DNA of 62,940 bases, the filler included, from Catajapyx aquilonaris (taxonomy: Eukaryota), in the NCBI GenBank assembly GCA_000934665.2. It is 3 parts of 3 records of this genome, joined end to end, with 100 filler letters (N's around TTAATTAATTAA, not from the genome) between each part and the next. Parts side by side here need not be neighbours in the genome. Positions count along the whole stretch, not along the records: positions 22,193 to 42,495 come from JYFJ02006297.1; 2 more parts are not named here. One strand, 5' to 3'. Positions within the stretch are counted from its first letter, which is position 1. Each line of letters opens with the position of its first letter. A model generated the notes under the pieces. That model made no database searches and was not told the origin of the DNA. It saw only the letters and a list, made by a program, of their open reading frames with translations. Shown here one piece after another: positions 26,974 through 39,817 of this stretch. The position numbers and the translations under genes are program-made.

Positions 26974-27557
26974 CTGTCGAGGGGTTTTGCAGCGGGTGCT
27001 CACCGAGACCGCCACGAGACATTTCCCAGAGGATTTATGTGGCGACCCTACCGGACTAAGGCTGAACTTTATAGGTTTTATTTTATTTTTTATTTTTTTG
27101 AAGTACCCCGTGATGACCTGTTTGGAGGGAAAGGGCTGTTGTCTATTTTTGAATACGCCCGGACCCACGGGCAGGGAAACTGGGAGGGGATGTGCAAAGT
27201 GCATGTGCACAGACGTTGATGTGCCGTTTTGTGAACTCCCCCGGGTGGCATATATGTGGAAGGATCGCCACCCGAAACGAAGCCAGAGACGGTCTTACTC
27301 TGCGCGAGATGAAGGGGGGAACCCCGGGTTGGGATCGAACCCGGGACCTTAACATCCGCGGGCGCATACGTTACCGCAGCGCCACTTCGCCTCTCCAGCT
27401 GAACTTTATAGGTAGGAAAGGGGAGGGCTACATGTTGCCCCCCCCCAATGTAGCCCTCCCCTTTCGTACCTATAAAGTTCAGGTCGCCACATAAATGCTC
27501 TGGGAAATGTCTTGTGGCGGTCTCAGGTGAGCACCCGCTGCAAAACCCCTCGGCAGG
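26974..27557. mobile_element. Fold-back MITE interrupted by a SINE
   Basis: CTGTCGAGGGGTTTTGCAGCGGGTGCTCACC...ATTTATGTGGCGACC (26974-27047) is inverted at about 27481-27557. Central hairpin at about 27400-27481. Confidence 0.8.
27077..27397 (-). mobile_element. tRNA-derived SINE, head type A
   Basis: A box GTGGCGCTGCGG, B box GGTTCGATCCC and an A-rich tail. 16-bp TSD GCTGAACTTTATAGGT (27061-27076, 27398-27413). Confidence 0.9.
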
Positions 27558-27599
27558 TGATAAGCCCAGAAGATATGGGTAGTGTCCGTGGGCTGGTCC

Positions 27600-27801
27600 C
27601 GTCCGTCCGCGTGGTTCCCCGTCTGGCCGCTGGAGGGATTTTCTTCCCATCACTCACTGCGCGGGAGACTAATATTTTACGAATCTGACCTCTCGTCCTG
27701 GCCTTACCGTTCGTCTCTCAGAAAAACTGCTTATACCCTCGGAATCAGGATTTTTAGCCCGATTTTTAAAGCCCAACTTGTATTTTGAGTGGAGTGTCCC
27801 T
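27600..27801 (-). mobile_element. Kolobok-like element end (TTAA target), same family as 41854 onward; abuts a SINE head fragment at 27802-27849
   Basis: Reverse complement reads TTAA|AGGGACACTCCACTCAAAATACAAGTTGGGC..., nearly identical to 41850-41940. Confidence 0.65.
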
Positions 27802-27914
27802 TTAACATCCGTGGACGCATACGTTACCGCAGCACCACTCCGCCTCTCTCACATTAAGGCACTCTTAGCACAAGAGTCCAATGGCGTCGAGTTCACAAGT
27901 TCCCTTACTTGACT

Positions 27915-28150
27915 GTCCGGAAATGGGGCACCGCCACAGTCTTGGGACGTATCAGCACAACTCAATGTTTCTGGTTACGAGGAAATGGGGCGCTCGTAGC
28001 CGTAGTGCAGATCTACATATTAGAGTTGCGAGGAAATGGGCCACTCGCAACCGCAAATCCAACAGCACTAAGTTTACGAGAAATGGGCTCTCAAGCGTAG
28101 ATAATCCTACTTACAAGGTTACTAGAAATGGCACTCGCAACCGCAAGGCT
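27915..28150. repeat. Irregular tandem of a GAAATGGG..CTCGCAACCGCA motif (5 copies, 45-60 bp spacing)
   Basis: Motif starts near 27920, 27982, 28033, 28080 and 28125. Confidence 0.65.
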
Positions 28151-29688
28151 TAACGTGAGACTTAAGTTATTTCGCCTTAAGCTCGCAACATGCGGAAAAT
28201 AACTTGCTTCAACTGCGAAGCTTCTGCAGATCTGGCTCAGTGGAGCCCAGATCAAGACTATACTGCTCCCAACAGGAGCTCGAGACGAGTCTTCTGCGCT
28301 CGGCAGAAGCCCGGGCAGCGGTGAGTCTTCTCAAACGAGGGGAAATGCTTCTCTCAAAATCTCGGAAGGAGGGGTGTGGTTTCTCCCCCCAAACTGACGT
28401 CAAAGTTAGTTAGTGGGTCAAAAAGGCGATAGTCCACAAGGGCACACGTGACTGCTTCAAATGTCATCACATTTTCTTGTCAATATAACCGCCATACTCC
28501 ATATCTTAAAATGAGGCCTTCGGACAGCCCTGTGTATAATGCTGGATAACAAATAATGAGTTGGTCTCGGATTCAAGGTGATGTGAGTCATGACCAAAGT
28601 CAAGAACCGCTCTCACATCAGTAGCAAGGTAGGAACTACTACCTTGTTATCACCCTGATAGTAAGAGAGTATGTAAAAATTACTGTGGTGCTTGGTAGAA
28701 GGCCTCCCATTAAGGGTAAGTGTACAGTATGTATGGCTGGACCGTGTTCGGATGAGAAGGGGAGGGAAGCATAGGGAGAGTAGGAGGCTTAGGTATAGTT
28801 CCATGATCGGTCGGCGCAGGCGGGCTTTGTCGACGGCCGAATCCGAGAGGAGCGGATCGATGGACGCGTATGGAGCTCTGCCTGTGACTCGCCAGACAAA
28901 CTCACAGAGACTCACTCAGAGAGATAGGCCAGGCACGGATAGATCATAGTGACGATCTCAGTGGAAGGTGGTGGGGTCAGAAGAGGTGTGGTTGTGAGAT
29001 TGGGCGTCGGGGGAGCATCCATCCCTTCGGAGAGGAGAAGGGGGGGGTGGTGGAGGAGGAGGAGGAGGAGGTGGTGGTGGTGGTGGAGGAGAGAGGAGGA
29101 GAGAGGAAGTGCATCGGTGTGCCCTTGATGGAGGTCCAGCTCACGCGTGAGTACAACTCTTCGGTGCGTATTATTATCACCATATTATAAAGACTTGAAA
29201 TGCAGAATGACATATTTGATTGATTTCGTAATATCAGTGTTTGAAAGTTGAAGATCGCATTATCCCTTGCGGGATAATTTTTCTTCCGACTCTTTCTTTG
29301 GGGACTGTATTCACTTTATCACAAAGCTGAACTGACTACGCGACAGCAGGTGCCATGGCTACATTACGCAAGACCTAACTTGGTTTCAACCAAAACGTGA
29401 CTCTGATTGTTATGCATTTCAGGTCTTCACATGCAGCATCTCTTTTGCAAGGATTGCTGTGTGCGACCACATTTCTTCACGAATGAATCTTGCTCTCGTA
29501 AATGCTATAAAGATGGGTGATACTTTCCAAAATATTGTGGTATTTTAAGGTACAGGGACCAGTTAAGGCCACATTAAGGAACTAAACTTTTGCTACACTT
29601 ATTAGTCAAGTTTACATGATTAGGCCTACTTCACGATTTTTGAAGTTGAAACCTGACCCTTCACCCATGCAGGAAAATAATTTTAAAG

Positions 29689-29822
29689 GTAACGGCTTTT
29701 ATTATAGTGTAGACTCCAGTCCCACAGGAGGGCAATTGAAATTTCATAATTTTTGCAAAAATTATGAAATTTCAATTGCCCTCCTGTGGGACTGGAGTCT
29801 ACACTATAATAAAAGCCGTTAC
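29689..29822. repeat. Perfect 134-bp spacer-less palindrome
   Basis: GTAACGGCTTTTATTATAGTGTAGACTCC...TTTTTG|CAAAAA...GGAGTCTACACTATAATAAAAGCCGTTAC. The centre is at 29755/29756. Confidence 0.95.
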
Positions 29823-30768
29823 GTTTGGAAACCTGCAATGGAGAACGATCAGAGTCACTTGTGACTGATTTTGACATGTAAGAGATTTAAGCTTGAATAT
29901 TGAATTGCCGCTTATGAGACAATTTTTCCCCATCAAAATTTCTTTAGGGGGATATTATCATATTTCTCCATCAGAAAACTGACTCGATCACTGAAAGAAG
30001 CCCATAATGACGATATTAAACTATGTCTAAATAAACTGTGGCCAAAATGTGACTCGGATTGTTTTGCATTGGATGTCTTCATTTCGTTATGCAATTGGTT
30101 CTCGCATGTTCACATTTTTTGTGTTCACATTACTATCTTCAAACACTTCTCCACTGAATGTACTGGCCTGATACTGTAATACAAACATAAATAACTACCC
30201 TGAATTTTCTTAGTTTACAAGTTCATTCTACATTGAGTTGTGACAATATTCGCATAAAAAATAATGATATCACACTCTGAAGACCAGTTGCAGCAGATCC
30301 TTGTATTGTTATGTTTATTGTTGATAACGATAACGAGAATAAATCCTTGGTCAACAGCCTACCTTCAGTGATGCAAACAGACCTGAAGTAATAAATTATT
30401 CCAAAGTAAAAGGATCTTTTTTTTCCACCTGATTACTTGTGCTTCATTTAACACAGAAAATTAGTTGGTGATTCGTAGGATCCTTAGCATATGGGCTAAT
30501 TCGTAGCTGTTAATGCCTGAGTAGGTGTTAATGAGCAGATGTGCGAATATTCCCGATCACTAGGGCACACCACTAGTCCACATTGACATCATAAATCACT
30601 AGTCAATTCAACCCAAGTCAATAACATCAGGAAAAATGGACATTGAGAGATTGGGCTAATTAGGGGATTAGGGATTATTCCCTAATTAATATTTAGATGC
30701 CAAAACTTACAGCTTTTTGAGTACTACCTACCTAAACTAATCTACGTGGCCATGCGCATAGCCATGTA

Positions 30769-31171
30769 CAGTACCCTGCATTAATGGCCATGCACAGACA
30801 TCGCCACCTGTCCAAGAACGAGCGGAATTAGGCGCCGGTGGACTGCGTCCAAAATACTTGGACAGCTCAAGATATCGCGGTTGATTCAAACGCTTGCTAC
30901 AAAGATGGATCACAGCGGATCACAGATGTATCTGTGGGATGAATATTATAAGGCCATTGCGATTCCTGTCAATGTATTGAGGTTGTGAACCAGTTATTAC
31001 ACGTACCACGTGAATGCCTGTTAATCCACCGCGATGTCTTGAGCAGCCTTGAGCGGACTCGTGAGAAGCCTTGAGCTGTCCCAAGTATTTTGGACGCAAC
31101 CAACTTCATCTACTTCCGCTCGTTCCCGCCAGATGGCGGTGTCTGTGCATGGCCATTAACGCAGGGGACTG
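30769..31171. mobile_element. Tc1/mariner-pogo type MITE with about 120-bp imperfect TIRs
   Basis: TA|CAGTACCCTGCATTAATGGCCATGCACAGACA ... TGTCTGTGCATGGCCATTAACGCAGGGGACTG|TA. Confidence 0.85.
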
Positions 31172-32137
31172 TACATTGTATACATGATGTTTTTCTTAAA
31201 TTTCTGATGGTTGAACGTGGGTTCAAAACTCACCTAAAATTATCTACACCAGGCGGGACCAAAATTATACACAACAATGGGGGTTAATGATTATTACTCT
31301 AGGTAACCATGTCACTTGAGTCATATATTGCCAAAAGTTGCTAGTATACTGCCATAATTGCGATAAACGTCGTTTCTACACATACGAGTATAGTAGCGAG
31401 AAGGTGGGTGGATTGCCTAGAAACTTTACTTTACCGCTATGTGCAAATATGACGTTTTTCGAAAATAATGATGGCAGAGTAGGTGAGATACCAAAAAGTG
31501 GGTATACTGGTGGGCCTGGTCTTATTTGGTCCCGATACCTTATGTATTATTTGACACTTGCCAAATGGATAGGTTCTGTTCTTTATACATGAAGTGGCTG
31601 CGTAGTCATAACCTTACCCAGTTAGATATTCCGTTTTGTTCGGAAACTGTGTGCATAGTTGCAGCATGACTGTAAATCCGGTAGTCAGAAGTGGGATCCG
31701 CTTCCACGAGATTGATTCTCGATAGCGGAGAGGCTTTTTTTTGTAGTAGTGCTCACTGGTCCAACTCCAGAGAAAGTCATACTATACCGTCGCCTAAGCC
31801 ATGTTGGACCACAAGCCATTAAATATGCACGAAACGAGGCGACTGCTAAGCTTCCAGCAGAGATGTTTCATTTCTTCAAAAGCGTATGTCGGTATCCATT
31901 CTAGGAATTTCTGTAATGTTTTATAATGTAATGGTTCCATAATTATTATGTACTGTATATCAAATGTCGTGTTTGGGCTGGATTTTGGAAATTTTGTTCC
32001 CGTGGGAGGCCCCCCGCATCATATGATCTCTAAGCAGAAACATGAACTTGTCCATTTGCATAAAATTTGTTGGCTTGAATGAGACCACGTCGTTCGATGG
32101 TTCTTGGCAGCCGGATAATCCCGTCCGGTGCAGTTAA

Positions 32138-32608
<471 letters not shown>

Positions 32609-32623
32609 TATGGGGTACATCAT

Positions 32624-33494
32624 GCCGACTTCGTATCATGACAAACGTCACCAGACAGCCACCATGACCTCGCCTGCGCGCCATCGTGCGGGAGAGCCGG
32701 GAAGCTCAGAAGAGAGGGGAGTCAGAGCTGTGTAGCTGCTACTCAGCAGCCGCTACAGCTATTGCGCTACTCTGCGACTCGGTATCATTGCATTTTCGCC
32801 ATAAAATGACGCGTGACTGACAATACTTCCTGCAGGGTACTGTACGGTACTAAATAAATTCCTTGATAAAAATAAGGAGGAACGGAGTGAAAAAAAAGAC
32901 ACAGAAGAAAGGACGACGGAAAAAAGAGGGGGGGGNGGGGGGGAAAGAAGCCTCACTGGGACGTGAACCTGCAGCCTTCTGATCTATAGGCCAGCGCGCA
33001 GACCAATACACTACAGCATCCATCGCTGGGATGGCTCCTTCCGATGGGGCTTCTTATACTGTGCAGAGGTCAGGCCGCTGTTAAATGACTAATGACGTGC
33101 AGGGGGCGAGCGTGTTGATATTTTCAGTGCTGGAATATTAATTTTCACTGCTTGATGTGGGCAGGGGGTAGGGGTACGATGTACTAACCCAACCCAACCT
33201 AACCTAACCTTCACTCGTTGCGTATACAGCCCTACGTACGGATGTGACTACAACCGTATATGATAGCAGGATAGCGGATAGCGGAATCGCAGTAGCTGCT
33301 ACGGAGTAGCAGTTATCCTATGGAGTGATCGGATCGGCGATGAACGGAACGGCGCATGCACTGCGCTTCCCGACTCTCCCGCACGATGGCGCGCAGGCGA
33401 GGTTTATATGGTGGCTGTCTGGAGACGTTTTTGTATCACGGGGAAGGCGACTGCAACTTTTCTCCGCTAGGAGCACCACCGAGCCATGAGACAT
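32624..33494. mobile_element. Nested non-autonomous TIR elements
   Basis: 32640-32708 (AAACGTCACCAGACAGCCACCAT...CGCCTGCGCGCCATCGTGCGGGAGAG) is inverted at 33362-33432. An inner pair lies at about 32733-32756 and 33292-33315, enclosing AACCTAACCT repeats and a tRNA-like fragment. The end GAGCCATGAGAC matches another copy starting near 36818. Confidence 0.7.
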
Positions 33495-33594
33495 GGGTTC
33501 ACGTTGTGCTGTTGCTCTCGCATCACTGCACAATGCCGGGCGTACGGCTGCAGTAATTTAGGGGATCACCAATTTCCAATTACGCCTCCTGATA

Positions 33595-33595
33595 T

Positions 33596-33666
<71 letters not shown>

Positions 33667-34067
33667 TTTGGGATCCCCCTTGAGACCAATTGGTCAATGC
33701 AGGGGGAGGAGATCTCCATTTTTCTAATTTTACAATCTCACCGGTGCAGGGACAGGGAAGGGATAGGGAGGGAGGAACAAAGGTGCAGTGCATTGTCCTG
33801 TGGTGGGGGCCGTGTGCAGTCCCTCAGGGAGCCAAGCTTAGACACCCCCTAGGCGCGGCCGGAAGCTTCCCACCGACACCGCGCCTCCTCCAGGGAAAGG
33901 AAGGAAGCTGCTGTGGCTTATTTAACGGTACGATCCCGGGATTTCCCTGGAGTGACCTTGGAAAACCACCGAAAACCAAGGTCAGGACCACCGGCCTCCG
34001 GGACTCGAACCCAGGACCTCCCGATTAGCAGTCGGACACCATATCCACTACACCACTACTGCTTCGG
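33595..34067 (-). mobile_element. tRNA-derived SINE, head type B, (TAAA)n tail
   Basis: GTGGTGTAGTGG A box and GGTTCGAGTCCC B box. 15-bp TSD TTACGCCTCCTGATA (33580-33594, 34068-34082). Confidence 0.92.
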
Positions 34068-36116
34068 TTACGCCTCCTGATAGTCATGAGTTCATTTTAT
34101 AACTCCTTATGAAATGAACTCAGGACTACCAGGACATCTGCCGCACATCCATTACTGCCCGAGACAGTTTAGGGCTTTAGGCGCTGACAAGCAGCGAGCT
34201 TTGCCACCACAAACAAATTCGGCGGGCGGCTGTTCCCGTACCGATACGCTCCAGACCCGCGGCGAATGGAAGAGCAGGGCTCTCTTCGCCCCCAGAAAAA
34301 TTAAGGGGCCGGTCTGCCCGGAGTCCAGGCCGCCAGCGGCAGATCAACAGAAAGGTTGTTAAGGGCGATTGTAATCCCTTTGGTAGGGTCAAACTCTGCC
34401 ACGAGGTGGCAGTAGTTTTGGCCTATCTTATAACATGGTGTGCAGAGGCATTTGTTTAGGCCTTTTTCTCCTTTATAACACAACCTAGAGACATGGAATC
34501 TTCGCGCACAGAATGACAACGTTTCACAAAATTGTCGAGTTTACCCAGATATTTTTTAAGTGTCTTGGTTTTTTATTTGACGCCGATATGAATTTTTGGA
34601 TAAACTCGACAAATTGCCCCTTTCCACACCCAAAAAGGTATGTGGTTGCAGGGGATGGGGTCAGCGAGGGGGGATAAGGGCCGGTTTTGGGACACCCTCA
34701 TTAAATTTGCGACCTACAATCCCGCATCCCGAATGTTGGGATCATTCGTTCCAACTCAAGTGAGCCGAAATGTTTCTGGGCCTGCAGGATTTTGGTAGGA
34801 AAAAATCACGTTAGTACAAACTTCAGGCGTAACCCGAAATATCAAGTTTCAGTCAAATTATTGCGCAAAACCGTGTGGAGGGAGGCGGCGCTCCCAAAAA
34901 TTTGGAAGGGGCTGAAAATGAACTCTTTTTTTTGCGCATTTTTTCCAGTTAGTGGTTCCAAGTGGTCAAAACCCATACAACATCATGATCAAAAGAAAGA
35001 GAAAGACGAGGAGAATGAAACTTGTAATAAGTTTTTCTCACAAATGTAACCATAATGTGTGTGGCATTCCATCGGTCATGTGTCCAATTTTGGTGCTCCA
35101 AAAATTCGCCCGAAATTTTGGAAGGGAGTGAAACCCTTCCAAAATTTCGGGAGAACCCCTCCCAACGCAACGGTATAGCACAATATGGCTGAAACATAAT
35201 ATTAGCTTTTTTATGGCATAGTTGTGCACTTGTGTGATTTTTTTCAGCAAAATCCGACATGGTCCAGTCAGGGTATGGTGGTGGAAAAGGGTCATGGGCG
35301 GGGAAAGGGAGGCCCGGAGGGATGGCTGGGTAGGGGATGAGGTGGGATGGGGAAAGAATAGACTGGTATTCTTTCACCGCATTCGCCCCGGCCTAATTTG
35401 TCAGAAAAGGTTCCAATTGTCCATCGAGTCATGCATTTCAAACACTAAAAATGCAACTTTGAAATTAGTAAATCACCGCACCAATCGAATGTAGCTTATC
35501 CTGCAGCAGACAAACTTTGGATTTCTGACGTTTACATGGCATGACAGAGATTTGCAGCAATAACGGTTGTCACTGCCTGTTGTCAAAATCCCACTTTAGT
35601 ATACATATTGGATTTTTTTATTATTGACGAAGCGCCCAGGTCCACTGGCAGGGGAACTGTGAGGAGAGGTGCAAAGTGCAAGTCCAAAGGTCGTTTTATG
35701 AGTTCCCCCAGGTGGTTATTCGCAAGAATACCAGGAAAAAGGGGTGAAACTCACTGGCAGGCAGGGAAGGGGGAGGGGGTTGTAAAGGATACAAGGGGTC
35801 TCAAAGAAAACAGGTCCTTTCCCCCTACTCTGACCCTTCCATTTCACGCCTGATTTCACGTCGCAACCTGACCTTCTAGGTTCTGAATGGAAATATGTTG
35901 GGCTGCTCGGAAATCAGTCCAGTTTTCATATCGGCGTCAAATAAAAACCTAGACACTTAAAAAATATCTGGGTAAACTAGACAATTTTGTGAAACGTTGT
36001 CGTTCTGTGCGCGAAGATTCCATGTCTCTAGGTTGTGTTATGAAGGATTAAAAGGCCAAAACAAATGCCTCTGCACGCCATGTTATGAGATAGGCCAAAA
36101 CTACTGCCACCTCGTG

Positions 36117-36404
36117 ACCGAAGCAGTGGTGGCGGAGGGGATATGGTATCCGACTGCTAATCGGGAGGTCCTGGGTTCGATCCCCGGGGCCGGCAACCCT
36201 AACTGTGGTTTTCTGTGGTTTCCCACGGTCCCTCCAGGTAAGTGCCGGGGTTGTTTCCTAAAATAATAGGCCACAGCCGCTTCATTTCGTCCCTATCCTA
36301 TCCCCGAAAGCGAAGTAAAAGTGCAAAGAAAGAGTTCCAGTCAAAACAAAACTCCCCCCTAAAGAGCCGCCGGCTGATAACGGGGTATGATATTATATTA
36401 TTAT
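36117..36404 (+). mobile_element. tRNA-derived SINE, head type B, (TTA)n tail
   Basis: Same CCGAAGCAGT..CCGACTGCTAATCGGGAGGTCCTGGGTTCGA head as the 33595-34067 copy. 15-bp TSD TACTGCCACCTCGTG (36102-36116, 36405-36419). Confidence 0.92.
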
Positions 36405-36441
36405 TACTGCCACCTCGTGGCAGAGTTTGACCCTACCAAAG

Positions 36442-36773
36442 CAGGTACCCTACCAGGTGTGCTGGCCATATATCGAGGCAACCGCCAGCGACATTTTTCC
36501 GAAGCGGCAGAAGAAGGAATCTTGCTAGCCCCAGGGTCCCCTACATGGTTGCCTCCCCCACCCTAACCAGGGTATTGTCTCCACGTAGTCCTTATGGGGC
36601 GGCCATATTGGAGCTAGATTGCATGCTGCAGGATAGGAAATTGGCAAGCGTTCAAAAAAAATTCAAGGGCATTTTTTCACTGCATGCAGATCCAATGCAA
36701 TCTAGCTCCAATATGGCGGAGAGACAATACCCTGTCTAGGTGGGGGAGGCACTCATGGACCTGTGGGACCCTG
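36442..36773. mobile_element. hAT-type MITE
   Basis: CAG...CTG ends, 8-bp TSD TACCAAAG (36434-36441, 36774-36781) and an internal fold-back at 36532-36773. Confidence 0.8.
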
Positions 36774-37417
36774 TACCAAAGGGGTTACAATCGGCCTTAG
36801 GCAACTCACGGCGACTACGTCTCATGGCTCAGTGCTGCCATCTACGCCCAGCTTTGCTAGTCGCCTTCCCCAGGGTGGGTTTTGGAAACCATAGTGTTCG
36901 TGAAGGGCACACCGCATGAAGTACTTGGAATGGAAGGCGGGGAGTGTGTGTATGGAGGAGAGGTTGACGTGACGGAGAAAGTTGTCGGGGGAGGTTAGCT
37001 TAGTAACGTTACGCTAAAAAGACTGATAGCCTACTTTCTTCTGTAGACCTCTCTCGATATGTTTATTAGGTATATGTTCAGGTAGTATAATAGTGAAGAA
37101 AACTGAACCTATATGCCTGAGTGGCGTGTTTTTAAAATACTGTAGAATGACTGAAAATTCTGCGACGATATGTGGTGGAGTAAGGGCAAAATGTTCCCAA
37201 AAAAGATGGACTTCTTATTTTAAAAAAACAACAACAACCCAGAATCAATGCATAAAAGGTCGCCTAGTTTGGGATTTTAATTGGTGCGGCATTAAAAATA
37301 ATGGATCATGCTAGCTTCCAGAGAGGCTGGGCTCTGTTTTGGAATGCTTCCAGGAGGAGGCAGAATCTTGCGCGCAAGCGGTGGCGTATCCAGTTCGAAG
37401 CACTGTATGCGTTTGTA

Positions 37418-38225
37418 CAGGGTGTTTCACTAGGTAGACCCTCCAAAGAATCGACTATTTTTCTTCCAACTCTACCTAGAACCATGAAGTTTGGTTTAAA
37501 ACTTACCTTAGTTCATGGGAATGGATTCACCATGCGCAATACATGCTGAAATTGACCTTTACCGATCTCCATACACATTCGAACGCGACGCGACGCGAAT
37601 ATCCTTATTATCGCAGGTCTTCCGCAGCATAATTATTATCCTCATCAATAGTCCGGATTGCTACACTGACAGTTTTGACCAATACAGTGTTTTGGACCAA
37701 TACAGTGGCAGATGGCCTCCTTTATAGAAGTTTATTTATTTATTTATTTAACCCCGTGATACAACTATAAGTCGTTATAGGGGGTGGTACACCACCATTT
37801 TCCCACCTTTTTCATTTTTCTTCACTCATGTGCAGGGAATTAAGGAACGTGGGTAAGGACGGGAATTTTTGGGGAGGGGACACAGGTGCAGGTGCATTGT
37901 CTTGCACTTTGGGCCATGTGCAGTCCCCCAGGAGGCTAGGTTGCCAGACACCTCCTTGGTGCAGGTCAGAGACCCTCCCGACGCAGGTGAAAGGAAGTTC
38001 CCCAAGCGGGGATCGAACCTGGGGCCTTTCACTCAGCAAGCAGAGACGTTACCATCTCGGCCACCACACCTCCCCTATTACAGCGTATATTGCGAATGGA
38101 GCTACATCCCCATGAACTAAGGTAAAATTTAAACGAAACATCATGCTTCTAGGTAGAGTGGGAAGAAAAATATACCCGAGTCTTTAGGAGGACTACCTCG
38201 TGAAAGTGTGAAACACCTGACCTTG
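37418..38225. mobile_element. mariner-type MITE with about 130-bp imperfect TIRs, containing a SINE
   Basis: TA|CAGGGTGTTTCAC...CTCTACCTAGAA...TTACCTTAGTTCATGGG is inverted at about 38081-38219. Confidence 0.75.
37731..38075 (-). mobile_element. tRNA-derived SINE, head type C, (TAAA)n tail
   Basis: GTGGCCGAGATGG A box and GGTTCGATCCCC B box. The head is shared with the 40056 copy. No clear TSD. Confidence 0.85.
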
Positions 38226-38244
38226 TATAATTCAGAAGACGTAC

Positions 38245-38400
38245 TGTGCAGTAGTGGTTATGGCCAGAACCTTTCCCCCTCTGAGGTCCAGAGTTCGATC
38301 CCCAGATCGGGTGCATGAATTTCTCATGTGGAAAGAGTGTCGATGGGTTTTCTCCATATTCGCGTAGCTTTGCTTGGGCTTCTTTTATGTTCCCTCATAT
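38245..38400 (+). mobile_element. Truncated tRNA-derived SINE, head type D
   Basis: CCTCTGAGGTCC.GAGTTCGATC...ATGTGGA.AGAGT.TCGATGGGTTTTCTCC.TATTCGCG is shared with 55304-55480. Confidence 0.75.
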
Positions 38401-38420
38401 AATTATCTCTCTTCACCTTA

Positions 38421-38821
38421 GGGGTCGTGCAAATACCACGTGACCGTTTGGGGGGAGGGGGGAGGTCTGCTGGTATACCACGGTTGGTCACGGGGAGGAG
38501 GGGGGGGGGGTAGCGACAGTTCACGTCGTATCTCTGAACACGGTGAATGTCCACATATGGGAGCTTTTACAGACGCACATGAGTTCAAAATAACCTAAAA
38601 TTCGAAATCAGCTACCCCGAAAACATGGGGAGGCATGTTTTTACGTGCGTAAACAGTTTAGTTGAGAAGCTATCATTTTCGATCGAGTTTTTTCTGATAA
38701 CATTGACATTTAACAAAACCACGTTAAAAAGGGGAGAGGGGGTTCCAATGGATACCACGGCCGGTCACTGGGGGGGTCAAAAAGTGGCCTAAAATCGGTC
38801 ACGTGGTATTTGCACGACCCC
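38421..38821. mobile_element. PIF/Harbinger (Tourist-like) MITE
   Basis: Perfect 26-bp TIR GGGGTCGTGCAAATACCACGTGACCG with a TTA TSD on both sides. Confidence 0.92.
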
Positions 38822-39324
38822 TTATAAGATGTCGCGTATGCAATCTGATATCCCTTTCCTGGTCCCTCGTTGCTTGGTCATGATAACTATGGCGATAAGG
38901 CCCTTCTGAGTGGGAACTCCTCCTTCCAATGAACAAACCAACATTTCCATTTAGAAGTAGCATAAATGGGCACCTTATAACCGATTCATAGGCCATAAAT
39001 AAATGCCCAAATATGACAAGGGCCCATTTCAAACCTGAAAAAGTATGCAAATAGTTTTGAATCACAAGAGTGCAGATGTAGTTTTTACATGCCCGGAGGG
39101 GCAGTTCCATCATAACACATCATTTCTACACCGATACAATATACATGTGCTGAATGACACACAACGTTGTACTTCAGAGTTGTTCCCTCCTCCTCCCTCC
39201 GCTGAACACAGACCATTGAATTTTGACTGTCCTGTCACCCTTTCCCAGAAACAAAATAATAATGAATTATTTTAATGTCAAGACCTTATTATTTCCAGAA
39301 CGTGCAATATGAGTCTCGTTCAAA

Positions 39325-39777
39325 TATATCTGCTATATAGGGTATACTGCTAGATGCATAACTTCCAAGAAAAAAGTGAAGCCAGTTTTTGCATGGAGTT
39401 TGTGCCTGGACTTGGATCGATCTGCCGTGGTGGCCTGTACGTATAGATCGGTCACTATACGAACACAACCGAGTGGCCACTTTTATTACTGGAATCTTAT
39501 TACAAACTGTATTCCTCCCTGTATTAAAATTGGCCACTCGGTTGCGTTCATATAGTGGCCGATCTATAGTTGGGCATCTTCAAGGGATGCCCAGCGCCCC
39601 TGGAAACGTCCCACTGCTGTCCGGCCCATCTGCACAGGGGCCGCCACTAAGGCCGCTTCTGCTGCCCCGCCCAAAGTAGCGATGACGTCATCTATACTTT
39701 GGGCGGGATTTGGCTTCACTTTGCTTGCATGGAAAGGAATAGCGAGTTATGCATCTAGCAGTATATATAGCAGATAT
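39325..39777. mobile_element. MITE with nested fold-back element (39442-39568)
   Basis: ATATCTGCTATATA...TACTGCTAGATGCATAACT is inverted at 39744-39777. Inner pair TATAGATCGGTCACTATA...TATAGTGGCCGATCTATA. Confidence 0.75.
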
Positions 39778-39817
39778 TTTTGGTCTCGTTGCACAATATG
39801 CACTAGTAATGTCGCAG

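Larger units (their letters stand above)
34363..36796. mobile_element. Non-autonomous DNA transposon with about 230-bp TIRs (TTAA/TTAG flanks, Kolobok- or Harbinger-like), right TIR split by two insertions
   Basis: 34363-34592 is inverted in pieces at 35925-36116, 36420-36441 and 36782-36796. Confidence 0.85.

Noticed and set aside
27915..28150. CRISPR-like GAAATGGG repeats with variable spacers
   Set aside because: Repeats are degenerate and irregularly spaced, which fits TE subterminal motifs.
28600..29220. GC- and purine-rich stretch as a promoter or first exon
   Set aside because: No recognisable protein and no clear exon pairing, so it cannot be supported from sequence alone.
29616..29877. 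Identical peptide encoded on both strands
   Set aside because: This is a trivial consequence of the perfect palindrome.
33990..34067. tRNA genes (also near 27330, 36120, 38000, 40060, 52950, 55310 and 62270)
   Set aside because: A and B boxes are present, but they run into SINE bodies, most with simple-repeat tails and several with TSDs. No convincing acceptor stem was seen.
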